This document shows, piece by piece, positions 17,773 through 27,238 of a stretch of 64,000 nucleotides of DNA. Location: positions 151,316 to 215,315 of the IMG/VR virus record IMGVR_UViG_3300030503_000315; one strand, written 5' to 3'. Position numbers and translations under genes: made by a program. Below the pieces are notes generated by a model. That model had not been told where the DNA came from, ran no database searches, and saw nothing but the letters and a program-made list of their open reading frames with translations. Every line of letters begins with the position of its first letter. The first letter of the stretch is position 1.

Positions 17773-18387
17773 ATGACATTTTCTTCAGAGAAATTACCGG
17801 ATACGATTTTGGTGTTGATTGATATCGACGATCCGATCACTTATGACAAAGAGTTTCAACGTCAGCTAAGGTATAGCCCTTACATAGCTGGCGGATCAGA
17901 GATGTCACCTCGCAGTCGAAAGATGATTCGAAGCCGAAAGGAATCACCTGACGAGTTGTTCGTCCATAAGTTCATTGTCGAAGTGATGGTTGATAAGCTG
18001 GGAGACTTTGCAGTATTCTTTCTCGCCAATCCAATGACCCAACGATCATTGATCTTCCGTAAGCTGCATTGGTCTGGTCCTGACATCGAGGATATTCCCG
18101 ATGAAGTCTTGAAAGAGATGGAAGAACATGGTGCGGACCCAGAAGAATATCTCATGGAAGAACAGGAGTTGACGCATATCTATGAGTTCACTTCAGGCGC
18201 TGCATTGATGCTTCACGACTCAGATGATCTTGATGACTACTCTGGCGATCCGGATGATGAAGATGGTGGATCAGGTCCTGTCAAGGTTGCAAGAAATAGA
18301 AATGTGGATATAGTAGAGTCCGATGAGAACAAAGAAGAGGACGAAGACGATGCATTCGTAGTCCCTACAAACAAAACGGTTCATTAA
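17773..18387 (+). CDS. Hypothetical acidic protein
   Basis: AAGGAGG upstream. Confidence 0.75.
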   Translation: MTFSSEKLPDTILVLIDIDDPITYDKEFQRQLRYSPYIAGGSEMSPRSRKMIRSRKESPDELFVHKFIVEVMVDKLGDFAVFFLANPMTQRSLIFRKLHWSGPDIEDIPDEVLKEMEEHGADPEEYLMEEQELTHIYEFTSGAALMLHDSDDLDDYSGDPDDEDGGSGPVKVARNRNVDIVESDENKEEDEDDAFVVPTNKTVH

Positions 18388-18394
18388 GTACTAT

Positions 18395-18436
18395 AGGGTA
18401 CGACATAGTAAATAATGTCGTACCCTTTTCTTTCTT
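18395..18436 (+). terminator. Terminator hairpin whose loop is the AGTAAATA promoter-like motif
   Basis: agggtacgacat-AGTAAATA-atgtcgtaccct followed by a T tract. Confidence 0.8.
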
Positions 18437-18443
18437 CGGAGAC

Positions 18444-19019
18444 GTGATGCGAACCTGGTGTGCAATCGATTTAGAAACTCTAAGCCTTAAGCAATCTACA
18501 TGTCCGATTCTTAGCCTTGGCGCTGTTTCCTATAGTTTTGAGGAAGGGATAACTGCAGAGTTCCATGAATTCTTTAATGTAGACGAGCAGTTCAAGTTAG
18601 GTCGTCTACCTCAGTGGAAGACCATCCAATGGTGGCTAAAGCAATCGGATGATGCACGCACGCCCATGTCTGGGGAACGGAAAGATACGCTTACTGTGGA
18701 TGAGATGACGGATGAATTCTATGAGTGGTGGGATGAGGAGGTAGGAACTCCAGCCCAACATTGGGCGGAAGATTTCGATTACAAGCTAGGAGCCCGAGCC
18801 ATATCGAATGGCTCAAACTTCGACATCGCTATACTCGAATCCCTGTTCGATGAAGTGCCTTGGCATTTCAGGAATACACGTTGCTATCGTTCAATGATTG
18901 ATTGGTTCCCCGCACCAGTTCAACCACGTCAGACAATCAAACACGATGCCTTGCAAGATGCAATATACCAGGCGAAGGTCCATTTGAATTTAATGGTTTC
19001 GAATGAAAATCTGAGGTGA
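18444..19019 (+). CDS. DEDDh 3'-5' exonuclease
   Basis: IDLETL, SNGSNFDIAIL, HDALQDA. Confidence 0.88.
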   Translation: MMRTWCAIDLETLSLKQSTCPILSLGAVSYSFEEGITAEFHEFFNVDEQFKLGRLPQWKTIQWWLKQSDDARTPMSGERKDTLTVDEMTDEFYEWWDEEVGTPAQHWAEDFDYKLGARAISNGSNFDIAILESLFDEVPWHFRNTRCYRSMIDWFPAPVQPRQTIKHDALQDAIYQAKVHLNLMVSNENLR

Positions 19020-19023
19020 TATT

Positions 19024-19314
19024 ATGGAAGAGCTTGCTGTATCGGTCTTGGTTCTTATTCTCCTTCTTGTTCTAGGTCGTTACGTACACTATAGACATGA
19101 GAAGTGGAAGATAGATGTCTATACCGAAGGTTGGAAGTACGCCAGCTCTTCCCTCAAGAATCACACAGAGACCTATGACTCTCTTGAAACCAATGTTAAG
19201 CTTGCCAAGGGCATTGGAATTTTCGGAGAGTATCATAGAGGGATAGAGAATTACCTGTCCATCACCCCACCATTCAAGAGGCTTCAAGACTTCGATGAAC
19301 AACACAATGAGTAA
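19024..19314 (+). CDS. Membrane-anchored hypothetical protein
   Basis: N-terminal TM segment; GAGGT upstream. Confidence 0.65.
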   Translation: MEELAVSVLVLILLLVLGRYVHYRHEKWKIDVYTEGWKYASSSLKNHTETYDSLETNVKLAKGIGIFGEYHRGIENYLSITPPFKRLQDFDEQHNE

Positions 19315-19831
19315 GATCCTATTCATGGATATCGATGGAGTACTTAACTCCAGACGATCCGAGATCGCGCACGCGGCTGGCTTCCTACCCAGCCCAAACT
19401 CTCCTTGGCAGGAACAACTTCCTCGCGCATTCCAGGATATCGATTGGATTGCCGTTGGGATGATTCATGTTCTCTGCACCAGGCTAGACGCAAAGATTGT
19501 CATAAGCTCAAGCTGGCGCGCAAACTACAAGCCGGAACAGTTGGCTAAGTACTTCAACTTACCAATGATTATCGATGCCACGGATCAGTTGGAAAGTAAT
19601 CGTGGTGGCCAGATTCAGCGATGGCTGAATGCCCATCCTGAAGTCACCCAGTATGCAATCGTGGATGACAACTCAGGGATGCTTGAATCACAGGCAGATC
19701 ATTTTGTGCAGGTGGATTGGGACGAGGGTTTGACATATAAAGACTGTTCTCGTCTGCGTGATATCCTTCAGGGCATCTTTGCACCTCAACCTCGTAATCC
19801 TGCACGGTTCATTCTCTTTGACGAGATCTAA
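19307..19831 (+). CDS. HAD phosphatase (RNA-repair 'Swiss army knife' type)
   Basis: FMDIDGVLN, ISSSWR, RGGQIQRWL, YAIVDD. Confidence 0.85.
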   Translation: MSKILFMDIDGVLNSRRSEIAHAAGFLPSPNSPWQEQLPRAFQDIDWIAVGMIHVLCTRLDAKIVISSSWRANYKPEQLAKYFNLPMIIDATDQLESNRGGQIQRWLNAHPEVTQYAIVDDNSGMLESQADHFVQVDWDEGLTYKDCSRLRDILQGIFAPQPRNPARFILFDEI

Positions 19832-19833
19832 TA

Positions 19834-20187
19834 ATGAATATGAATAAAGGTTCTTGGATAGGCGTAGATTTTGACGGGACGCTTGCCTATTACGACCATT
19901 GGCGTGGTAAAGATCATCTAGGAAAACCAATCCCTTTGATGGTCGCCAGAGTAAAACGACTATTAGAAAAAGGTCTAACCGTAAAGATTTTCACTGCTCG
20001 TGCCTACATGGCAACACAAGAAGAGATTGATGCAATCAAGGCGTGGTGTCTAGAGCATATTGGCCAGGAACTTGAAGTAACGTGCATCAAAGATATGGGC
20101 ATGGTTCAACTTTACGATGACCGTGCAACTCAGGTTGTTCTCAACACCGGAAAGATTGTCTACCTAAAGAAGGACAAAGTAAAATGA
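19834..20187 (+). CDS. HAD phosphatase (PNKP 3'-phosphatase-like)
   Basis: GVDFDGTL, IFTAR, YDDRA. Confidence 0.85.
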   Translation: MNMNKGSWIGVDFDGTLAYYDHWRGKDHLGKPIPLMVARVKRLLEKGLTVKIFTARAYMATQEEIDAIKAWCLEHIGQELEVTCIKDMGMVQLYDDRATQVVLNTGKIVYLKKDKVK

Positions 20188-20930
20188 ATGACTTACATCG
20201 ATCCCTGAATACCGAAGTGGAGTTCCTGCCTGACGAAGAATTCCGACCTTCAGTTGAAGCACTCAATATTTTGCTTGAGACTTTTGGTGACACCACCAGA
20301 ACGGTGCTTAGACTTGCATCGTCGGGTTTCCATCGCCTTAACCCTTACCACAATATTAAACATGAGTTGCAGCATGTGTACTGGTCTCATGCATGTTTGA
20401 TGAATGAACCGTACATATCTGCGGATGGTCTTACCCAGGCAGATCAATATCATCTTGCTATAGCATCTATTTTCCACGACCACAATCATTCTGGTGGTAA
20501 GAAATCGGATGCTGAGAATATTCAAATAGCACTTCAGATCCTTCCGGTGGTGGCTAATGAACTAGCCTTTCTCGATGGCAGCATCCTCCTAAATCAGGAT
20601 GTGGTAACGCGATTGATCCAGGTCACTCAATATAACAAGCGTGATGGGTTTGAAAAGGAACCCACGACGTGCCTTGAGCAATGTATGCGCGACGCCGATC
20701 TCATGTCAATCTACACAGAGGAAGGACGGGATCTTCTCATAGGTCTTTACTCAGAGCTGGGTATGGATCTTCAAGAAATGAAGACGAGCGAACTCAATGC
20801 AGCTCTTGACGCGAATGCGGAGTTCCTTCGTAATGCCAAAATGTATACTTTCTATGGCATCAAGATGAAGGAGTACTACCTAGATGATTGCCTGAAATTC
20901 TTCGCAGATCAGGTTCGCGCTTCATTGTAA
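20184..20930 (+). CDS. HD-domain phosphohydrolase with class I phosphodiesterase-like motifs
   Basis: NPYHNIKH, FHDHNHSG, RDADL. Confidence 0.75.
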   Translation: MNDLHRSLNTEVEFLPDEEFRPSVEALNILLETFGDTTRTVLRLASSGFHRLNPYHNIKHELQHVYWSHACLMNEPYISADGLTQADQYHLAIASIFHDHNHSGGKKSDAENIQIALQILPVVANELAFLDGSILLNQDVVTRLIQVTQYNKRDGFEKEPTTCLEQCMRDADLMSIYTEEGRDLLIGLYSELGMDLQEMKTSELNAALDANAEFLRNAKMYTFYGIKMKEYYLDDCLKFFADQVRASL

Positions 20931-20962
20931 ATAAGGGTATGTAGTTCATAGAAGGATAAGCA

Positions 20963-23287
20963 ATGCTCGAGAGTCAGTTTTCCTTTAATCCTTCCTACAT
21001 TTCAGATGATAAGAATCCCTATAATCTGAAGCTCAAGAGGGACGTCAATTGGTCAACATCTAATCGGCGTCTTCTTGTCATCTTCCAAACCATTGATGGA
21101 CGAGACCTAAAGTCAGGGGAATTACTGACGGGCGATGTAGGAAAAACATTCCAACGCGTCTATAAGTATGCAAGAAAGATAGCCAACAACTACCTAGACA
21201 ATCAGACGCCTTTGTATTCTGTAGCTGTAGCGAATTTCGGCGCGTATCGTCATCTACACCTTAAGGGTAGCAGGCGTTCGGACGCAGAAGCGCAATTCGC
21301 CGAGCGTGTCCATGATCTCATAAAGAAGATCAAGCCAACGCACATCCTGGTCGCTGGCGACAACGCAATGATCGCACTATACCCTAAGATAAAGGATCCT
21401 CAATATAAGAAGGGTTGGGTCCACAAGATCAAGGTAGATGATGAAGTAGTGAAAGTAGTCTCTACCGTAGACTACTCCCGTCTTCTCGAGAAGCATGGAG
21501 TTTATGCAAATCTTCTTGGACTGTTTAGCCGCCATCTAGCGTTCTTGATGATGGGCCGCAATCCACATAATCTTTCGCAGATCAAGTTGGATGCGAGGTA
21601 CATCAAAACGATTGCAGAGTTCGATCAGTTGATGCACAAGTTCGATACGGCGACTGAGGTTGCAATCGATACGGAGACTCGCAATCTCTCTGTGCTACAC
21701 AACAAGATCTATACGATTCAGTTTGCAACAAATCACAACAAGGAAGTCGGATATGTCCTTGTTCTCGATCACCCTCAGGCGCATTGGGATTCGAAAGAAC
21801 GAAAGTATATCAAGTCGGAGTTGAGGAAACGATTCGGAGCGAAGACGGGACCAACTCTAATCACCTTCAATGGTTTCATGTTTGACCTGCACGTTATCCG
21901 GGTGGCTTTGAAGCTTCCCATCATCTGGCTAAAGGTGTGGGAGATCATGTTCGCAGAGCATTTGTTGGATGAGAACGTATCCTTGCAGAACGATATCTCA
22001 TCTACTGTGGATCAACGTTCAGGTAAGATGTCAAAGTATGGGGGCTTGAACCCCATCTTCTGCTCATATGGCAACTCGCATTATCTTGATGCAGTCTTTG
22101 GTAAGGAAGAGCGGGGATCTATCGGCGCTATCGATCCCTCGCGCAAGGATGCAGTAGAGTATATGGCAATGGATACGGTGTCTATCCTTAACATGCGGGA
22201 TCAGGAAATTGCCAGAGCAGAGCATATGGATATCGAAGGGAAGAACTACAAGCCTTTCTTTATTCGACATATGAAGCATCAGATGTCAGATGCAGCGCAT
22301 GCGATGTCACAAATGCGTCAGGATGGATCCTTCATAGATATCAAATATCTGAGCTATCTGTTGTCGAAGCAATCTCCATTGCGTCAGGAACTAAAACGCG
22401 TTGAGAAGCAGATGTTTGAGTGGAAAGAAGTGCAGCAAGCCAATAAAGAACTTCTAGGAACAACGGGGTTCAAGGCAGGGTCACTATTCTCCAGAGCTAT
22501 TGGGACGGCAACGAATTGGATCTTCAAGCTGAGTAAGCCAGACCATAAGAAGAAGTTGTTTATAGATATCATGGAACTTGAACCCGTCAACAAGACGGCG
22601 ACAGGTGAAGATGCAATTGACAAAGACTTCATCGCCCACTACAAGGACACGAACAAAATTGTCGCTCTGTACGGGGATCACCAGGGTTTATCAAAACTTA
22701 TCTCGACCTATGTTAAGGGATGGCGTAGGATACTAACAAACAATGTCGATGCTATCACTGATCTCTGTTTACGTGCAGCGTATTTCATAGTTGATACAGG
22801 TCGACTGGGATCCAATAAGCCGAACCTTCAACAGATTCCATCGCGTGGAAAGTCAGCCAAGTCTATAAAACGTTCATTCGTAGCTGAGCCCGGTCGCATT
22901 CCAATCCAGTTCGACTATTCAGCACACGAAGTGCGAATGTGGTCTGTTGCATCAAACGATTTGAATCTTGCAGCGGTGTTCAAGATAGGCCAGAAGCTAA
23001 GGAAGATGTATGTTAAAAATCCTACAGACGAACTCAAGGCGCGTATCAAAACGGAAGGAGACGTACACATTCTTAACGTTAAACGAATCTTCGGTAAGAT
23101 CGTTGACAAGGCGCACCCGCTCCGATACGCGATCAAGGCGGTTATCTTTGGCCTTATCTACGGAAAAAGTGCGAAGTCGCTAGGTGAAGATACAAAGCAG
23201 GCAGAGATCGAAGAAGTTAGAGAGAAGCTCTCGGAACTATACAACGAGAAGCTAGATCTTCAGGCAGCTCTAAAGAAGGCAGCATGA
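20963..23287 (+). CDS. Family A DNA polymerase, N-terminal part (UDG-like domain, 3'-5' exonuclease, motifs A and B)
   Basis: AIDTET; TGRLGSNKPNLQQIP; FDYSAHEVR; RYAIKAVIFGLIYG. Confidence 0.92.
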   Translation: MLESQFSFNPSYISDDKNPYNLKLKRDVNWSTSNRRLLVIFQTIDGRDLKSGELLTGDVGKTFQRVYKYARKIANNYLDNQTPLYSVAVANFGAYRHLHLKGSRRSDAEAQFAERVHDLIKKIKPTHILVAGDNAMIALYPKIKDPQYKKGWVHKIKVDDEVVKVVSTVDYSRLLEKHGVYANLLGLFSRHLAFLMMGRNPHNLSQIKLDARYIKTIAEFDQLMHKFDTATEVAIDTETRNLSVLHNKIYTIQFATNHNKEVGYVLVLDHPQAHWDSKERKYIKSELRKRFGAKTGPTLITFNGFMFDLHVIRVALKLPIIWLKVWEIMFAEHLLDENVSLQNDISSTVDQRSGKMSKYGGLNPIFCSYGNSHYLDAVFGKEERGSIGAIDPSRKDAVEYMAMDTVSILNMRDQEIARAEHMDIEGKNYKPFFIRHMKHQMSDAAHAMSQMRQDGSFIDIKYLSYLLSKQSPLRQELKRVEKQMFEWKEVQQANKELLGTTGFKAGSLFSRAIGTATNWIFKLSKPDHKKKLFIDIMELEPVNKTATGEDAIDKDFIAHYKDTNKIVALYGDHQGLSKLISTYVKGWRRILTNNVDAITDLCLRAAYFIVDTGRLGSNKPNLQQIPSRGKSAKSIKRSFVAEPGRIPIQFDYSAHEVRMWSVASNDLNLAAVFKIGQKLRKMYVKNPTDELKARIKTEGDVHILNVKRIFGKIVDKAHPLRYAIKAVIFGLIYGKSAKSLGEDTKQAEIEEVREKLSELYNEKLDLQAALKKAA

Positions 23288-23288
23288 T

Positions 23289-24206
23289 ATGGCTGAAGTA
23301 AAAGAACGCGAATTACCGAAAACGAGAATAGACATAAAGAAGAGGATCGCACATATCGATGCAGAGATGCATAAACTGGACTCAAGGCTGAACGTATTGT
23401 ATGGAGAGAACAGATCTGACTATGCTCAAGGCATAATGGACAAAATCTTCAAAGAGTTTGGCAAGGGAAAAAGTTGGCTGGATAGGATGCGTTCGAATGT
23501 AGCTGAGCATCTTCATTCCTACTCACCGAATGGTCGCGTTCGACATCTCTATGGTTATCTCTATACAGACAGAGAGTGTCAAGGTACGCAGGAACGTCGA
23601 GGCATCAATGCACCTATTCAGGGTTTTGCATCTGAGGTAGGCGTTAAGGCTGACAGGTTGATTGTCGAGTCTTACTATCGTGAGCTTCCAAAGTTGAAGA
23701 AGATGTTGGGTATCGTAGAATCTACGTGGGCCAAGTTTCGATTGAAATGTAGTCGCGCAGTTCACGATGCACTGTACAAACAAATCCCGTATGAATTTGT
23801 TATCCCATTCATCCACATTCTTCAGTATCAGGCAACGTACGGTGTCGCTCGAGCGTACGAGAAAGCGTTTGGAATTAGATTTACAGTGGAACCTGAAATA
23901 GAAATAGGTATTGGTGCATCTTCTGACAATGAATCAGATTGGGATTGGTCGATGTCAGATCTTGTTCGCATCATTGTCAAGACAGTAGAGGATATCGACA
24001 AGGTTGGTCAGTTGGTAGGTACTAAGAAGGAAGTGTTGGATAAGATCTTCGAGCCTTGGAGGAACAAGGAAGTACGGGACTACCTTCAAGCAAAATACCC
24101 AATTCTGGGAGTCAAGGATCTGGACGATCAGATTGAGATTGCGCTCAAGGTTCTGAAAAAGATGCAAATTGAAATGAAGAAGAAAGATGCAACCGATTCC
24201 AATTGA
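23289..24206 (+). CDS. Family A DNA polymerase, C-terminal part (motif C)
   Basis: ERRGINAPIQGFAS and RAVHDAL. Confidence 0.9.
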   Translation: MAEVKERELPKTRIDIKKRIAHIDAEMHKLDSRLNVLYGENRSDYAQGIMDKIFKEFGKGKSWLDRMRSNVAEHLHSYSPNGRVRHLYGYLYTDRECQGTQERRGINAPIQGFASEVGVKADRLIVESYYRELPKLKKMLGIVESTWAKFRLKCSRAVHDALYKQIPYEFVIPFIHILQYQATYGVARAYEKAFGIRFTVEPEIEIGIGASSDNESDWDWSMSDLVRIIVKTVEDIDKVGQLVGTKKEVLDKIFEPWRNKEVRDYLQAKYPILGVKDLDDQIEIALKVLKKMQIEMKKKDATDSN

Positions 24207-24663
24207 TCTGGTTATCGACCCAGACGAAGATGAGGACGATGAGTACGAGGAACCTCAGCAGATAGAAAGTGGAGAAAATGTTGTCTCCAAGAGGTTCGAC
24301 ATAAATAAAATCGGTCCACTTGATTACCTGCTATTAGACTTGCAGGCCGAAGGTGGTCCACTGGTGCATTGGCTATACCTGGTTGCTATCGAGAACAAAT
24401 GGTGCAATTGGCAAGTCATTTTGTCTGCATTTGATCCTTCATTGCAGACAGGTAGCATACCGATGCTTGGTCGAGAGATATGGAGTACATTCCTCTACTC
24501 CGACATGGAAGGGTTGGTTCGTCTTTGTCCACGTATAATTTCATTGCTCGAATCACTCGACGTGAATTATCCGGTCGAGTTGACATATACGTTCGGCGGA
24601 CAAGCCAACCCTCCACCTTTTCAGGCAAGCAAAAAGAAACAGGTGGAGGCTACAAACCCCTAG
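24187..24663 (+). CDS. Hypothetical protein
   Basis: ORF track. Confidence 0.7.
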   Translation: MQPIPIDLVIDPDEDEDDEYEEPQQIESGENVVSKRFDINKIGPLDYLLLDLQAEGGPLVHWLYLVAIENKWCNWQVILSAFDPSLQTGSIPMLGREIWSTFLYSDMEGLVRLCPRIISLLESLDVNYPVELTYTFGGQANPPPFQASKKKQVEATNP

Positions 24664-24671
24664 AGGTTACA

Positions 24672-25406
24672 GTGTCTCACATCTACGGCTCCTTGTGCAT
24701 CTCAGCAACAACGCCTCAGCAACAATTCCCACAGTTCAATGATATTGGTACGCGCTATAACGGTTCCCATACGCCTCATCGCTTTAGAGGTCAGTATCAT
24801 ATAGCTCGAGAAGGTGAGGATCATGTGGTCAGCACAACACATATCCCTCAGCGCTCAAAGTCTTTTCTTATCACTACATCGTCTGTTACCGACTTTGCTG
24901 AAAAGGCAAACCAGAAAATGATCGAATGGCTACCAGTCATGGAATCTGAGTACGAAGATGCACGTCAGCTGTACAAGTTTAACGAGATACAGAAGCGCCT
25001 GAAGGATTTGCCCGGCGCTCAACCCTTTACAGCCACAATCGTAAATACAGGTGAGCACGGACACTTTGGAATTCTCTCACAGTGGAAGGACGTCTATACG
25101 TACGGAGTTTACGACACACAAAACTTCGGCGTTCGATTTGTCTGGACCACGGATGAATGGTTCATGAATGATGTCAAGGCTGTTGACTTTACGCGGTATG
25201 TGTTTTATCGGTTCCCTACATTGCAGGATCGTCCCTTGTTTATCTATAGTCAAGCCGTGTGTTCTAAATGGTTTGGCTGGATGAAGATCTTCAAGGGGCA
25301 GCCCGATTGCATTCTTCGGGCATTTTGTAGTCTGGAGAATTATCTTTTCAAAGAAGCTGAGTTGAGGAATCTTCAGGTTAGCCATGCCAATCGACCCGCT
25401 TACTAA
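24672..25406 (+). CDS. Hypothetical protein (degenerate glutamine amidotransferase-like fold possible)
   Basis: GTG start after GAGG inferred. Confidence 0.65.
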   Translation: MSHIYGSLCISATTPQQQFPQFNDIGTRYNGSHTPHRFRGQYHIAREGEDHVVSTTHIPQRSKSFLITTSSVTDFAEKANQKMIEWLPVMESEYEDARQLYKFNEIQKRLKDLPGAQPFTATIVNTGEHGHFGILSQWKDVYTYGVYDTQNFGVRFVWTTDEWFMNDVKAVDFTRYVFYRFPTLQDRPLFIYSQAVCSKWFGWMKIFKGQPDCILRAFCSLENYLFKEAELRNLQVSHANRPAY

Positions 25407-26421
25407 CGCATCGAATTTGGATTTTGTACTTGGTCAGTTATCGCAGTACGCAGGTAAGAAGATAGAGAGCAACGGTCGGGTCATGGTGATCTGCCCATTC
25501 CATTCAGAAAACACACCGTCGGGTGCGATCAACACCGGACCACAATATGCACCTGGGTACTTTACATGCTTTGCATGTGGACACAAAGCATCTTGGAATG
25601 AAGTAGCACCAAAGCTTAGCCTTTTACCTTATGGTAAAATCAAACCTTCCGAACAGAGCTCCATGGATTTGTTGATGGAGAGAATGGAAGATGACATGAT
25701 GGCAGAGCAGCGTTATAAACCTTTCCAAGGTAAACGCTGGGCAGTACCCAAGAATAAGAAGTGGCGTCAAATACCGACCAACCTTATGATCGAACTCGAC
25801 GCCCAAATGTGTCGGAGGAAATTCGATAATGGTTGGGATACTGAGAAGATGTTGTACCTACCTGTCATGGTCAACGGTGAGCAGGAAGGATATTTCCTCG
25901 CGCGGTTGAGGAAGAGTGATGATCCCAATGTACCATCATACCTTTTGGCAAAGAAGACGACAAGTCGTGGATGGTCGAGGACGCACGGGCTATGGCCTTT
26001 CGATCATAGTATTAAGATGATGCGGGAACTAGAGGTGTCATCGATCGTCCTTGTGGAAGGTCAGAGAGATGCCCTTCGATTGATAATGAATGGAATCCCT
26101 GCAATGTGTATCTTCGGAACACAAAGCTGGTCAGACTCCAAAGCGCAATTGTTAGAGACTGCTGGGGTCGAACAAATCATTCTATTCTTCGATGGTGATG
26201 GTGCGGGCATCGGAGCTACAAAGAAGATAAGACCACAGCTGACAAAGTGGTTTGACACACGGGTTTATAAATTGTGGAAGGCTAAAGGCTCGCCTTACCT
26301 CAAGTTTGCGCATCTACCAGAACCCACCAAGGCTGCCAAGAAAGCTGGCGTGCAATTGTGGGACCCTTTCAACTGTCCTCTGCACATTATTGATGGAATT
26401 CAACAAGAGTATTTCCTCTAG
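25384..26421 (+). CDS. DNA primase (CHC2 zinc finger plus TOPRIM)
   Basis: CPFHSENTPS...CFAC; LVEGQRD; FFDGDGAG. Confidence 0.92.
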   Translation: MPIDPLTNASNLDFVLGQLSQYAGKKIESNGRVMVICPFHSENTPSGAINTGPQYAPGYFTCFACGHKASWNEVAPKLSLLPYGKIKPSEQSSMDLLMERMEDDMMAEQRYKPFQGKRWAVPKNKKWRQIPTNLMIELDAQMCRRKFDNGWDTEKMLYLPVMVNGEQEGYFLARLRKSDDPNVPSYLLAKKTTSRGWSRTHGLWPFDHSIKMMRELEVSSIVLVEGQRDALRLIMNGIPAMCIFGTQSWSDSKAQLLETAGVEQIILFFDGDGAGIGATKKIRPQLTKWFDTRVYKLWKAKGSPYLKFAHLPEPTKAAKKAGVQLWDPFNCPLHIIDGIQQEYFL

Positions 26422-26430
26422 GAGTTTAGA

Positions 26431-26850
26431 ATGCCCACTGCCTTACTAGGTATAATCTTAAAGTACGTCGTTCCTGTACTTGGAGTCGTAGCGATTCTTT
26501 TTGGTGCGTATGAGTATGGACGCACTGCAGGGTATAATGCAGGCCATCTTGCTGCATGGAATACTCAGCAAGAGACGATCAACAAGATGGTCACTGCGGA
26601 AAACGCACAAGCCGATGCGAACAACAAACAGATAGCCTCGATTGAGCAAGATTCATTTAACGACGCTTTCGCTGCAAAGGCCGCCCAAGCTAAACTTGAT
26701 GCCACGCGCACCGATATTGTTCAATCTTATACGAAAGCCAATCCGCAGACCTCACAAACCTGTGGATTCGATATCCCGATGGTTCAGGCAATCAATGCAA
26801 TCATTCAAGCCGACCCGTCTAATGCTCAACCTTCAGGAGACACCAAATGA
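26431..26850 (+). CDS. Inner-membrane spanin (Rz-like)
   Basis: N-terminal TM followed by a coiled coil; overlaps a lipoprotein gene. Confidence 0.7.
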   Translation: MPTALLGIILKYVVPVLGVVAILFGAYEYGRTAGYNAGHLAAWNTQQETINKMVTAENAQADANNKQIASIEQDSFNDAFAAKAAQAKLDATRTDIVQSYTKANPQTSQTCGFDIPMVQAINAIIQADPSNAQPSGDTK

Positions 26851-27194
26851 AGATGAGACCTATAAATGTTCTTTGCATTCTTGTTGTTGCATTTGCAATA
26901 TGCGCTTGTGCGACTAAGCCTGTTGTACCAGTCGCACCGCAGCCGACGGTCGAGACGAAACAAACGGTAGACATTGATCCATCCCTGATTCAAGATTGTC
27001 CAAGTCTTAATTCCCTAGACGTACGTAATTACTCTAAGGCGGAGACCCTGCAGGTTATGAATGAGTGGGCTAATCAGTACTCTGTATGTAAGCGTAATCA
27101 TCATAGCCTTTCGGGAATAGTAATTAAAGCCTTTAACATAGATCCCGCATCAGCTCCCGTGGCTGCCTCAACACCGACAACGAATAGTAAATAA
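26847..27194 (+). CDS. Outer-membrane spanin lipoprotein (Rz1-like)
   Basis: Signal peptide with lipobox ICAC; Pro-rich; further Cys residues. Confidence 0.7.
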   Translation: MKMRPINVLCILVVAFAICACATKPVVPVAPQPTVETKQTVDIDPSLIQDCPSLNSLDVRNYSKAETLQVMNEWANQYSVCKRNHHSLSGIVIKAFNIDPASAPVAASTPTTNSK

Positions 27195-27238
27195 TACGCA
27201 CGGTTGCGCAAACCTGTTAATAAAACACTTCCTAGGAA

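Noticed and set aside
23280-23300. Intron or intein at the polymerase split
   Set aside because: Only 1 nt separates the ORFs, and there are no splicing motifs at the new termini.
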